Below, piece by piece: positions 46,067-59,105 of a stretch of 64,000 nt of DNA. Position numbers and translations under genes: made by a program. The notes under the pieces were generated by a model. The model made no database searches. It was not told the DNA's origin and was given only the letters and a program-made list of their open reading frames with translations. This DNA is from Podarcis vaucheri. Lineage: Eukaryota. Location: NCBI GenBank assembly GCA_965113315.1, contig OZ220364.1. One strand, written 5' to 3'. Numbering within the stretch: position 1 is the stretch's first letter; every line of letters begins with the position of its first letter.

Positions 46067-49000
46067 AGTGGTGATACATTTACTCATTTGGCACAAAAGT
46101 TGGTCTTTGGTCTATTACACGCACTGTGTGATTAGAAACCACTCCTGGGACCCCGATTTTAAACAAGACTGCAGCATGTGAGGAAGGAAAGTTGAATCTT
46201 TCCCACCTCAGATCACTACACTTTTAGTAAACAAAAAACCTTCCACTGGTGGCAGTCAGAGCTTTTCCCCTAAGGCTAATTGCTGTGGGAAGGGGCAATT
46301 TTTGTCAAAGACCTGTTGAGATCCATGGAAGTGCACATACAGCCAGTGTTATGCATGTATGCTCAGGTGTAAACCCACTGAGTTCAATTGGGTTTACTCG
46401 GAAGTAAATATGCATAGGATTGCTTGGTTAGTCACAGCCATCTTTAATTCCATTTATTTCTATGGGATTTGGTTGTAACCAACCTGAATGGATTGTAACC
46501 ATTCGGTATAACACAAAAGTGGTTTGGGAAGACTCTGTTCCCTCCTGGTGTCTTTGTAAACCTTCCCTTATTTCCATGCAGTTGGGCAATCTCAGTTAAG
46601 ATGAAGCTCTGTTTCTGAAAGAGCATGTTTGATAAACAGGATGGGGAATTTAAAGTGGTTTGGCCAGGTCTTTTTTATTTTTTGTTAATCTAGTGTCTTC
46701 TATGAAAATGGAAATCCTTTCCTTTTTAAAAAAATAACCAGAATAAAATAACCACAGATGGTACAGATAGCTCTAATAATTCTGGCCTGTCTACCTCCCT
46801 TGCTTGTGGCAATGTATAGTCATTTGTACCAGCAAAGTAATGATGATGCAGAGACAGCTAGAAACACCTTTTTATATGAAAATTACTTTGCCTGCAAAGA
46901 ATGTTGGTGAGCCAGATTATGTGGTGCAACATTATTATACAGCCGAGTTTTCAGCCTATGCAAATAATTTAGCAACATGCAAATGGTCGTATTTTCTTTT
47001 CTTTCTTCCATTCCTGCTGGTTTAGGGTTGATTTATACAATTTTTTTTAAAAAAAGAAGTTTGTTTACTTTTACTTTTGCCCTTGTTTTTCACACAAACA
47101 AAAGATTTTGTAGAAGGGCACACCCATGGTAACATGTCAAATCACCATATCCTGAAAGGCACTCATTGCCTCTCAGAGGCTTTTCTCACCTTAAAAAAGA
47201 AAATTTTTCTTTTTCATCTAACATGATTGATGATATATCTAAAAAATATGTAATGGAAAGTATTCTATTGGAAATATATTTGATTAAATATGTTTTCAGA
47301 TGGCTTTGTAAATCAACCTTTGTTTGCCTTTGGAAAGGACAAAACTCTTAAGCTGTAATACAAGTGAAGCCTTTTTCTGCTCTTCCCCAGCCTTTCAAGA
47401 ACTTGCCAAATAGCAAGGGGTTTTGTTTTTGTTTTGCGTGCTGGACTATCAGAAAGGGACTGGAATTTGAGGCAGGAAATTTTATTATTATTATTATTTT
47501 AAGCCTGCTAAAGGCTCTCTTGTTCCAGCAGTTGTGTAGCAGCATCAATCAGTAGATTCATTTGTTGAATCATTTTGTGGCACTCTTGAACAGTGTCTTA
47601 CTGTATACTTAAAAACAGTGTTAACATCACTTGCGGGTTCAGATAACAATGCAGCAAGAAAAACCATAGCTCTGCCAGAGGGCTTATATGCTCAGCTCCT
47701 TAGCCAAACAGATGGTTTGCGCTGTCATTTCTGACAACCTTGATCACTAGTTGGGTAGGGGATGGGCGAGGCTAGAATCACTTCCTCCGTCGCCCAATAA
47801 AAAGTTGGTGTTGTTAAAGGTGATGTGTCTATCAGCTGTTTGACAGTGCAACACCGCCTACGGTACTGGATGAGATTTGTGTGTTTTTCTTGCTGTGTCC
47901 CACGCGATTACTATTTGAGCACGTTGGACCACATCCAGGATGCCAATCTGTGCGCAAAAGCCAGTTTCTATGTACGGATCCCCCTTACTAGATTAACATA
48001 CCTTAACTATAAAAATCTCAGTCTAATTTTATTCAAAGCCGTTTGCTACATAATTAGCTGGAGCAGCAAAAATAGCTACAGCCTGACCCTTTGACGCTCT
48101 CCAAGTGCCCAATGAAATTTGCAGTCTTCTCAGTGGCACAGAAAGGTGGGGTAGAAGAGAAAGAGATTCACTGTTTCCTTTCCAAAAAAGACACACCCCA
48201 GTGGTCATATTGGTCACTCTCCTGTACCATGGCATAATTTAAAATTAAACAAATAGCACGTGAGACCTTCCTAAATCCCTTCCTTAGGTGGAAAAAATAT
48301 ATATTGATAATATAATTTGTATATGTAACTGCCAATCTGACTTTCATCATTAAAAAACTTGGTGAGCAGTGCAAAGGCAGAAAGAGATGATTCACATTCA
48401 AAATACATATCAGAAAACGTTAGCAGCACCAGGCACCATCACCCTGTGCAACATGTGGCAGCTTGGTGTGCGTTGGGTCCTTCCCTCTTGGAGGCTATCC
48501 AGAAAGAGCTGGCAATATGTGCACAGGTGCTTCCCCTGGATGATGCTGACCAAATATTTCAGCACACCTGTTGGTTGGTGTAAACATGAGGCAAGCTGAC
48601 AGCAGGGTGCTTGGGGGTTGACTGCGCATTCTACCTCACTTGGGAAAACCCCTGGGAATACAACGATGGACACATCATTGCATTTCCAAGAGGCGTCTTC
48701 AGTGAGTCAGAGTTGACCCAACTGACCCCGCTTTTTAATCTGTGCATTACACAAGTCTGTGTTCTCCACCCCTCCTGTTACTTGTCGGTTCTCAGAGTGA
48801 AATAAAGCGAGTGTTTCCATGCCCACTGCTTTGGTTTTGCCATAGTTATGTGGCAACTTAAATATAGCTTTTCTTCATTGGACCAGCTAACACATTTCTT
48901 TTTGGGTGGTCACTTACACATGACCAAAACAAAGGATTCTGTCTTAGATAAAATGTTTTAGATACTTTAAAGGTACAGATTCACATTTTAGAAAGAATTA

Positions 49001-49604
49001 CTATACAAATTTACACAGGAATAGAATGCATCTCATCGTATTGGGGAAGACTCTGACCAAGTGAGCTGGGTGCCTGCTTGCTATCCAGGCACTAACTGTT
49101 GATGGGCAACTTCAAGGCCCCTCCTACTCTCCCTTCCTATGGTTCCTTATCTTTACACTGGACTTGGACCGGACAGTTGACATTCAGACAGAGGACTCCT
49201 TCAGTTAGAGGGCTGTCCTCTGCAAAGTAAGGAGCATGACCACCCTAAGTCCTATTTTAATGAGAGAGAAAGAGCATGTAGGGGACTCTTGTACCAACAA
49301 CTACAAGTGAACATCTGCCTTTCAGGCAGCCTGCTAGGATGCGTATTACAGGTAAGAAGAGAACTGCCACTTCACCCTCCCAGAAGCTTCTTGGCTCCCC
49401 TTCCCTCCCTTGCTGGAACAAACAAGGTGATTGCCACACCACTTGTTTTTCCTTTCTTGTTCTTCTCTGGTAGCAGCAGGTGTTCTTGCTGGGGTTTGCC
49501 AGCAAAGCAGCCATTGCCAGTAAGAGCAAAGACAGAGCAGAGAAGACATTTCTTTTCTCTGACAAAGGAAAGTGAATGTTTTCTGTAGCGATGAGTCAGT
49601 AGCA

Positions 49605-49605
<1 letters not shown>

Positions 49606-49640
<35 letters not shown>
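49606..49640. repeat. (CT)n microsatellite
   Basis: Seen directly. Confidence 0.95.
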
Positions 49641-49645
<5 letters not shown>

Positions 49646-51207
49646 GTCCCTGTCTCTGGATTGAAAGGGGACTCTTCGGGGACAGATACCTGTGGTGGCT
49701 GTCAGGCCGCTACCTAAGGCCATAAGAGCTGCAGACTGGGCTCAGCTCTTGGGGTTCTCCAAGTCTGTCAGAACAAGCTATCCCATTTCTGAGAGACAGG
49801 CATTTTGAGAAACAGCCCTCCCACTGTAGCAAAGGCAAAATAACAATGTAATTAGCCAGAAATACTCACGTCCCAGACATGAGAACAGACAGATCATTAG
49901 AAAGGAGTGGCCACAGCAAAATGAGCTTGTAGTGTGTTTTCCAAACTCCCGATAGCTGAGGCATACTTTTTTTCTGAATTAAAATTTGAGGCATGTGTGT
50001 GTGTGCACACTCACGTATGTTTCAAGGAGGGGCAATAACCTAGTGAGAGAGCACACATAGAAGGTCCCAGGTACAAGTCCTGGCATTGCCAGTTCAAAGG
50101 ATTGTGCTAATGCACTGTCTGCAGTTAGCTAGGGCAAAAATATTGGGAGGTAGCTCTGGGTCCTTTTTATCAACATGACCCGGATAGCCTAGGAACAGCA
50201 TGGCTAGTTTGGCAACACAGTTTGGCAACACTGCAGAACTAATTATTTGGGTCAGGGTGTGTGTGCAGATAGACTGACATTCTGTGAATTTACTACATGA
50301 TGTACAATAACTTGGATAATGTTGTTTGAGCCAAAAAAAGGTAAACATCATAGTGCATGTGTGTGCGTGCAGAATTTGAATTTTGCGCAAGTGCAGATAT
50401 ATGCATAATTTAAGAACTGGATTTCAGCCTAGTAGGTAAAGGCTTCAAACCCTGAGTCCCTTACAAGAATATCTGTTGTACCAGATCAGTTGCTATTACA
50501 CCTGAGGAACTTCAGAGTTTCAAAACACATGTTGCAGTGAGTCTGGCTTTAGGTGAAACCAAGCCAAAAGCAACTGACCTTGGCCCTCTTGAACTTGTGC
50601 CATAAGTGGTATATGTGCTTCCATCACACTGCAGCATCTTTCTCTTGTGGATCTCCATGGCAACTCTGCAGGTGGTAGATGGGGGCACATAATCTGCTCC
50701 CAACCCAGCCCCCAAACCATGATTCTCTGCCAAGCAGGGGAAGGCAGTGGCATCAGGATGCGGTCTGCCTCAGGGGGCATAATGCCTTGCACCAGCCCTG
50801 GTGCCAAACCAGATAGATCTTTGCCTATCTAGTTAATGAGGAAGGGAAATCCTGTGCTGAGATATAAGGTTTTCCTTGATCAAATCTAAAACCAGTAGGA
50901 TAATCTGCTTAACTATTCTGAATATATGCAGGACTGCAAAGGAAAACTGTTGGGTGGCTTCCACCGATTTCCCAAAGGGAAAAAAAGTTTTTGTTAGGAT
51001 AATGAGGGGAACATGGTGGATGTGTCAAAACATTGCAAGCCACACATTGTTCTTATATTGCTCCAAAGCAGGAGTTCATTATCCATATCAGTAATAAAAA
51101 AAATCCATTCCTCACTAATCTTGGTGGTATAAACTAAGCAGCAACCTTCCAAGCAAAAGTTCTCTCCCCCCCATGGAAGCAGATGATGTATTTTTCTGTT
51201 TTTAAGA

Positions 51208-51343
51208 CAGGCATAGGCAAACTCGGCCCTCCAGATGTTTTGGGACTACAATTCCCATCATCCATGACCACTGGTCCTGTCAGCTAGGGATGATGGGAGT
51301 TGTAGTCCCAAAACATCTGGAGGGCCGTTTTTGCCTATGCCTG
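51208..51343. mobile_element. ~136-bp palindromic hAT MITE
   Basis: TIR CAGGCATAGGCAAA; 8-bp TSD TTTTAAGA. Confidence 0.9.
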
Positions 51344-51416
51344 TTTTAAGACTTGTTGGGGATTAATAATAAAATGTTGTTATTAATAAAATACTGGCAT
51401 ATTGTTATCGTTCTTA

Positions 51417-51785
51417 TATTGTTGGCATCGAGAGACAATGGAGTATGCCTCCAAGGGTGAAGTCAAACTGCTGCATTAGCAGCATTGTAGTCACCTGGGC
51501 AGTGTGCATGGGGGTCCTGGGCTGCCCAGATGACACAACCCCACTCGCTGCCTCGCTGATGTGGTCCAAAGGAAAGTGAAGGGATACGTTTGGCACCAGC
51601 CTGGCTGCAGGAACTAGAAGGAAAGAGGCGCACAAGGTGCCATCCAACCATCATAGGGAATCCACTCTGGATTTGTGTAGCGTTTACTCCTTAGTCTTTT
51701 CTTCTCCTGCAAGGCAGTGGAGGTTTAGGATCTGAGTTTTCTTTTCCGTAGATGGGCTACCTTCCCAGGTTGACAGTGATGCCCC
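51417..51785 (-). mobile_element. RTE-related non-autonomous retroposon
   Basis: Minus strand ends ...actccattgtctctcgatgccaacaa, resembling RTE-clade 3' termini; no ORF. Confidence 0.55.
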
Positions 51786-52735
51786 TTCTGTTGTGGTTCT
51801 GGTTTACTTCCTTTTTTTGGAGTGCTGCCATCTATCAATAAAGAAATAACTATTTGGAGCTTATTAGGAGCATCTTTAAATTTATATTTAAAGTGGGTGA
51901 AGCTTGAGGCTCTTGGCAAGTGGCCAGTTAGGCCCATCATACTGCAAAGGGTTTTTGCACCACTGATGAAGAAGATAAACCTGTCTCCATTGTTGTGCCT
52001 GTGTTCTGTCTGCCTAAGCTCTGCATCATTTGTATAACTGCTTGAAGGTGTGGACTGAGAAATGCTGTTTTGGTTACTGGGCTTGTGGCTGGTAGCTTTG
52101 TACGTAGAGTTGCACATTAAGGCATACACCCATGGAATCTGTTAATGTGTCTTGTTTGGATACCTCCTAATTCCTAGGGCATTAAATGGTGAAGCATCAA
52201 GATCCAGGATGAAGATAAGATAATTAACTTTAATCTGAGCTCCTGCCTGAGGTGGGAATGCGTTAGGTGCTCAGTCTGTCTGCTTCCATTTATATTTAAC
52301 CTGGTGTTTTTTTTAAAAAAAGTATTTCTTCTTTTTTAAAAAAATAAGCTTAAATGGGACTCTTCAAAACTCGGGACAGCAGACACACGTTAGGAAAAAG
52401 TTACCAAGTTTTCATCATTATCCATAGAACTTGTCAGCCATTGCTTGCTCACATTTCCACAGTTGTATTGAATTAAGCAAATGGCATTATGCCACAATCC
52501 AAAGGCCATAACTGCAGTATATATTTAAAGCAGTATCATTCCTCTTTGAACAGCCACAGCTTCCTCCAGTGAATCAAGGGGAGTGTAGAGCATTAAGGGT
52601 GATAACAGTTGTAAGGAGACCCCCTTATTCCCTTCACAGAGCTACAGTTACCAGTCATTTAACTATATATCCTCCTTCTCAAGGAACGCTTGAGAATGGT
52701 AGCTTGATGAGGCAATTTTGAGGTACTGTGTAGCA

Positions 52736-52986
52736 CAGGGCTAGGCAACCTAAGGCCAGTGGGCTGGATGCGGCCCAATCGCCTTCTCAATCCAGCCCGC
52801 GGACGGTCCGGGAATCAGCGTGTTTTTACATGAGTAGAATGTGTCCTTTTATTTAAAGTGCATCTCTGGGTTATTTGTGGGGCATAGGAATTTGTTCATA
52901 TTTTTTTTCCGAAATATAGTCCGGCCCCCCACACGGTCTGAGGGACGGTGGACCGGCCCACGGCTGAAAAAGGTTTCTGACCCCTG
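52736..52986 (-). mobile_element. Non-autonomous hAT-Charlie element (~250 bp)
   Basis: CAGGG termini; perfect TSD GTGTAGCA; inverted relative at 43565-43814. Confidence 0.88.
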
Positions 52987-53469
52987 GTGTAGCACATGTG
53001 TTTTCCTCCATGTTTCCACCTGCAAAAAAAAATGTTGTGTTAATTTAGATTTCTGTTCATATGCATGTTTATGTTTTTCTTTTCTTGTATTATCTGTTTT
53101 GTCAGTACTTAATTGAAAACCTCAATAAGTGGTGTTGTTTTTGAAGTGAAGACTGAAGAATATTCCCTAACATTCAGATACTTACTCATCTTTACAGAAA
53201 TAGGTTGCTTGGCTGATTTTGCTTTAATTGGCAAACAGGTTGGCAGAGTACAGCTTCTTTTTGGCAGGGGGAGTTCACCACTGCTACCCTCTTAAGGATC
53301 CCACTGAATTAGGCTGTGCTCCCAAGGCTGCAGTCTGGCTCAGCCACCTTTGGTACCTCCAGTTATTCAACTTCCAAGATGGCAAGGTCTTTAAATTATT
53401 TCTGCTCATACAGTTATCGTTTGCCATGAAATTTCCCTTTAGCTGGGATTCTAGAGATAGGGATAGTGG

Positions 53470-53637
53470 CAGTGGCGTAGCGTGGGTTGTCAGCACCCGG
53501 GGCAAGGCAAGTAATTTGCGCCCCCTAACCCGTGGATTTGCGCCCCCTAACCCATGGATTTGTGCCCCCTAACCCTAACCCCCAGGTGTTGCGCCCAGTG
53601 CGGCTGGCCCCCCCTGCACCCCCACGCTACGCCACTG
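53470..53637. mobile_element. GC-rich hAT MITE with internal CCCTAA-containing repeats
   Basis: 17-bp perfect TIR CAGTGGCGTAGCGTGGG; perfect TSD GATAGTGG. Confidence 0.9.
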
Positions 53638-55717
53638 GATAGTGGTCTTGCATCTGCAAATTCTGTGTGCTTAAAGTAGTGTAAACTGCTGTGGCTGAAA
53701 TGATGCCATATATCAGATTGCCTTTTTAATGCTAAAAAAAACCATGCATGCTATACAGGAAAACTTGAAATTCCTACTGTGCTGGAATGACTGTTTAAGT
53801 TCCTCAGAAATATTGCAACACTTGAGAGGATTAGTTTCGTTAAACATGATAGGCTTGATAAATGGAGTATGTGTGTGTATTTGAAATGAATCCAGTTTAC
53901 TTTAGTGTTTATCCTTTTGTCATCATTCCTCTTACTCTGGAGAAAAGCCCTTGCTCATTGTTAGATTGAAGTCAGTAGTAAAAATCTCATTTGGATTTCT
54001 TGGGTTGGGGCCCAGGAGGATGAAGAATTTCTCCTGGCAGAAGTTCTCCAGCTTTTGTGAGCACCACTGGCTCTGTAGGTTGGACAGCATAGCTTATAAT
54101 ATTTTTGAATTAAGACTAAGCATATTTGTTTTAGTAGGACTCAGCTAACATGAGGACATCACTAAACCAGTGTGTCCAGGTTTTGTGTGTGTTTACACCT
54201 CTATACCATATTTTAAACGTTAATAAAAATCTGTATTATTTGCAAGGCAGCATCTGATCAGGTTGTCCAAGCAATGGCAGGAGTTGTAATCCCACACTGA
54301 TATGTGCCGCATGCAGAACTGTCATCACACACAAAGTATTTCCTGGGCAATTTTTCCCTGTATATGTGGGCTTCTATTTTTTTGCAAAGCAGCAACCTGG
54401 TCCATTGAGGGGTGTAGCACAAAGGGAGACTCTGGAAGAGCCCCTTCCTTGCACAACTGCCTTGCAGAGTAGGACAGTTGCGTCTTTTGCCTGGCAGTCA
54501 ACTCCACCACTTTCATCTGAACTTACATCTCTCTCCAGGCAGGAAGAGACCTCTGGATGCTCATGTAAATACTAGATCCCAGAATCCTGAACCAATACAC
54601 CCTGGGTTTTCCAGTTGATTCCTTTCCATTCTCTTTGAGGTTAAACCGAGTACCCAACTCCTTCTATCCATCCCAGAGATCAGAAGAGTTTGCTTTTCTC
54701 TGACCCCCCATATCCTATACCCAGTAGAGTGTCTCTGCAGATTTAGGCATTTAGAGAATTACAAAGATCCCTGAGGTTGGCAAACATCTTAATAACCAAA
54801 ATTATATTAGTTTTTATTAAGAACAGTTTGACGGTACTATCCCAATAATGTTGTGCCATGTGATTATTCCAAATGTGTCGGTCAGCTCTCTAAGCTATAG
54901 ATAAGTTAATTATTACCTCTGTTAACAAGCTAATCATGGGAAGGCAAGAGTATATTTATTATGATAAACTAGCGTGTGGTAATGTGAGAAGGGAAGTCTC
55001 TTCTTTTTCTGCAGTGTTCTGCATTGATCTTGGATTTTCCATAGATGTGGATTACTCAGTATTACAATTAAAAGCTTTTTAAAAAACAGAAGAGGAGCAA
55101 CACCAAGCCTCTCTATGCAGCTCCCTGCCATGCCGCCATCCAGTTAGTATTACAACCAGTTAGATTGTTACGAGCCATTCTGTCCAACTATTCTGTCCCA
55201 TGTGTTTTGTCATTGCTTGGCCACTAATTAATGGGCAGTCAGTGGAGCAGATCACCTTGATTGTTTGCGCAGTCAGCTCATACACTCCTGTGGGATGCTA
55301 GGTGGCGAAAGAATTCCATCACCTGGCCTCATTGGGGTGTGGGAGACAAGGAACTGAAAGTAACAGATTTCTTTTTCTTCTCTTCCTTTTAGTTTCAGAG
55401 CGAGGTTGCAGAGCCTATAAAAATGTTTCTGTTAAGAAGTAGCTTTTGGCTTTCTATGGTACTACTGTTGCTTTGGGGCAGATATTGCTGTAGATCTAAC
55501 ACCGCCTGCTTGCGAGTTCTTGTTCCTGTTTCCCTGTCATACCTGTACATTTATTTGTAAATAAGCGGCTTACAGTTGAGGACAAAGGAACCTGTTGCTC
55601 TCCATTTCTCATTTTTTCAGTCTTCACCAAATTTTCACATCAGGTTGTGTGGGGAGCGGGATTAGGTTTTTGTTAATTTCTCCTTGAGATGCATATTTTG
55701 CAAGCAAATTCTCCCAA

Positions 55718-55893
55718 NNNNNNNNNNNNNNNNNNNNNNNNNNNNNNNNNNNNNNNNNNNNNNNNNNNNNNNNNNNNNNNNNNNNNNNNNNNNNNNNNNN
55801 NNNNNNNNNNNNNNNNNNNNNNNNNNNNNNNNNNNNNNNNNNNNNNNNNNNNNNNNNNNNNNNNNNNNNNNNNNNNNNNNNNNNNNNNNNNNN
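55718..55893. other. Assembly gap (176 N)
   Basis: Run of N. Confidence 1.
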
Positions 55894-56720
55894 CTGGGCC
55901 TCCCCAGCCACTCTGGGCGGCTTCCATAGAAACCAAAGATACACTAAAATATCACACGTTAAAAACTTCCCTGAACAGGGCTGCCTTAAGATGTCTTCTG
56001 AATGTCAGGTAGTTGTTTATCACTTTGACATCTCGTGGGAGGGCGTTCCACAGGGCGGGCGCCACTACCGAGAAGGCCCTCTGCCTGGTTCCCTGTAGCT
56101 TTGCTTCTCACAATGAGGGAACTGTCAGAAGGCCCTCGGCGCTGGACCTCAGCGTCCGGGCAGAACGATGGGGGTGGAGACGCTCCTTCAGGTATACTGG
56201 ACCGAGGCCGTTTAGGGCTTTAAAGGTCAGCACCAACACTTTGAATTGTGCTCGGAAACGTACTGGGAGCCAATGTAGGTCTTTCAAGACCGGTGTTATA
56301 TGGTCTCGGTGGCCGCCCCCAGTCACCAGTCTAGCTGCCGCATTCTGGATTAGTTGTAGTTTCCGAGTCACCTTCAAAGGTAGCCCCACGTAGAGCGCAT
56401 TGCAGTAGTCCAAGCGGGAGATAACCAGAGCATGCACCACTCTGGCGAGACAGTCTGCAGGCAGATAGGGTCTCAGTCTACGTACCAGATGGAGCTGGTA
56501 AACAGCTGCCCTGGACACAGATTTGACCTGTGCCTCCATGGACAGCTGTGAGTCCAAAATGACTCCCAGGCTGCGCACCTGGTCCTTCAGGGGCACAGTT
56601 ACCCCATTCAGGACCAGGGAATCCTCCACACCTGCCCACCTTTCTGTCTTGTCAGGATTCAACCTCAATCTGTTAGCCGCCATCCATCCTCCAACCGCCT
56701 CCAGGCACTCACACAGGCAC
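55894..56720 (-). mobile_element. L2-clade LINE 3' fragment (same family as 15752-16915)
   Basis: ORF 56108-56683: NRLRLNPDKTE...SRLDYCNALY...LHWLPV; runs into the assembly gap. Confidence 0.9.
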
Positions 56721-57679
56721 TCATATGTTGTTTTTATATGTTGTTTTCATTAATGTGCGCATTTTATGCACACTAATGTAAACTTTTCCATATACTTCAT
56801 TTGGTTGGAGAACAGCATCAGAAAATTCAGAGAAGTGCAAGTTCAAAAGGATAACTGTGTTTGGCTGTGTTGAGGAGTATGAGTTAAAAGCAAACCAGAC
56901 CAAATTTCTCTTCCATCCTTAATTACTACAATGACACCTCAAATCTTCAACTCTTTTCCTCTCCAAAAGAAAGCTCATTCCTTACATTCTTGCCTAAATC
57001 TCATAGCTCACTAGTCAGCCATGCTGTAAATAGTTTTATTACTAACAATAGTATGGTGGTAGTAGTATTAATAAAAACTAGTATCCTCTTAGCTTCAGTT
57101 GCCCAGTAATAGTGATCAGTCGCAGGTTTAATGTTGGGACAGCAAAGTAAAAATTGCAAAGGTATTTGCTTATTTTAAAGTGCTGTCTAAATGACTGATG
57201 AGTTATTCAGTAACTAGTGCTGCATTTGAATATGTATGGTATCAGAAGTTATATATTAGCCCTTGATTCCAACTTGGAGAGGTACGTGGCAGTGGTAATT
57301 CCCTGTGGGACTTACTATGAAATACACAGAACTTTAAAAGGTGTGTATTGGCAAGGCTTTCAAACAAGGGATTTTGGAAATGAAGTGAAGATGGGTGGAG
57401 TAGGTGCATTTCTTGTGCATAATTGATGCTTTATGTGAGCTCAGTTTCATTGTTCAGCATTTCTCCAGTCAATTACTTTAATAAAATGAGCATGTCCCAA
57501 ATTCAGGTTCAGACTTAAGGTCCACAGTGCCTGGGACATTGTCAGCACTAAATCACTATCATGCTTGCTTAAATGAGTTAATTTCCTAGTGAGTAATGCA
57601 TAACTACATCTTCAGTGGAGTGGGTTTATTATGCACCAAACCACCAAAAATAAGTGCATGTATTCAAAAACTGAGAATA

Positions 57680-57921
57680 CAGTGGTACCTCGGGTTAAGA
57701 ACTTAATTCGTTCTGGAGGTCCGTTCTTAACCTGAAACTGTTCTTAACCTGAGGTACCACTTTAGCTAATGGGGCCTCCCACTGCTGCTGCGCCGCCAGA
57801 GCACGATTTCTGTTCTCATCCTGAAGCAAAGTTCTTAACCCAAGGTAATATTTCTGTGTTAGTGGAGTCTGTAACCTGAAGCGTCTGTAACCTGAAGTGT
57901 CTGTAAGCTGAGGTACCACTG
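57680..57921 (-). mobile_element. Tigger-like MITE
   Basis: TA TSD; TIR CAGTGGTACCTC. Confidence 0.9.
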
Positions 57922-57997
57922 TACAGAGTTAAAATAGTAGTAGCATGTAAATGAGTGCTTAACTTAATTTTTAACTGTATGTGTGTGTATATATATA

Positions 57998-59027
57998 CAG
58001 TGGTACCTCAAGTTACATATGCTTCAGGTTACAGACTCCGCTAATCCAGAAATAGTGCTTCAGGTTAAGAACTAGTGCTTCAGGATGAGAACAGAAATTG
58101 TGCTCTGGCGGTGCGGCGGCAGCAGGAGGTCCCATTAGTTAAAGTGGTGCTTCAGGTTAAGAACAGTTTCATGTTAAGTACAGGCCTCCAGAACGAATTA
58201 CCGTATTTTTTGCACCATAACACTCACTTTTTTCCTCCTAGAAAGTAAGGGGAAATGTCTGTGCGTGTTATGGAGTGGATGCCTGCGGGTGGCGGAGGGG
58301 ATCTGCTGCAGTCGTGAGCAGAGGATCCATGGTTCCCCTTCCTTCCCTCCTCCGTGGCTCGCTTTGAAACAGCAAAGCGGGAGAAGAGCCGCGGAGTGGG
58401 GAGGAGAGAGGGACAGGGAGCCTGCTTCTTTAAAGGAGCAAAGCGGGAGAGGAGAGGAGCCTTCTCCCCTTATACCCCTCTTCTTCATTATTAACAGCAT
58501 CCTTCTCCACCCACCCCACACGTTCTTCTTCTCCCCTTAAACCCCTCTTCTGCATTATTAGCGGCATCCTTCTCCACACACCCCACGCGTGTTCCTTGTC
58601 CCTTGAGTGCTTTTCCTTCCTTCCCCAATTAAAACGTGGTTACAAAGCATGGATCCACATGGATCCTCAGGATTTTTGCACTGGGTCACCCCAAATTCAC
58701 CATCAGATCACATAGCATGTCCATGGCTACATCTTGCACCAAAAAAATTACGCACCCACTGTTGCCTGGGGCCGCAGTGGTGCAAAAACATGGTTACAAA
58801 GCATGGATCCACATGGATCCTCCGGATTTTTGCATTGGGCTACTCCAAACTCACTGTCAGATCACATGTCTGTGGCCACAGCATGAACCACAAAAATCAT
58901 ATATCCACTGTTTCGTTTAGAATATTTTTTTTCTTGTTTTCCTCCTCTAAAAACTACGTGCGTGTTATGGTCTGGTGCGTGTTATAGAGCGAAAAATACG
59001 GTAAGTACTTAACCTGAGGTACCACTG
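57998..59027 (+). mobile_element. Tigger-like MITE split by a nested element
   Basis: 57998-58200 and 59004-59027 rejoin to the family consensus (gaacgaatTA|agtacttaacc). Confidence 0.88.
58201..59001. mobile_element. Non-autonomous pogo/Tc2-like element (801 bp)
   Basis: TIR CCGTATTTTT(T/C)GC; TA TSD; internal ~75-bp duplication (58637-58712 and 58791-58867). Confidence 0.88.
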
Positions 59028-59051
59028 TATATTCATTATTACTTGCCCTTA

Positions 59052-59105
59052 CATGGGTCTCCCATCCAAGCTGCTGATCAGGTCTGTACCTGCTTAGCTT
59101 TAGCA
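59052..59105 (-). mobile_element. 5S rRNA-derived fragment (SINE3-like head or pseudogene)
   Basis: Reverse complement aagctaagcaggtacagacctgatcagcagcttggatgggagacc aligns with the 5S internal control region AAGCTAAGCAGGGTCGGGCCTGGTTAGTACTTGGATGGGAGACC. Confidence 0.65.

Noticed and set aside
55166-55640. Possible solo LTR starting TGTTACG
   Set aside because: Could not find a matching CA end with a 4-6-bp TSD.
58637-58867. Spaced direct repeats suggestive of a CRISPR-like array
   Set aside because: Only two ~75-bp units inside a TIR element in a vertebrate genome; an ordinary internal duplication.
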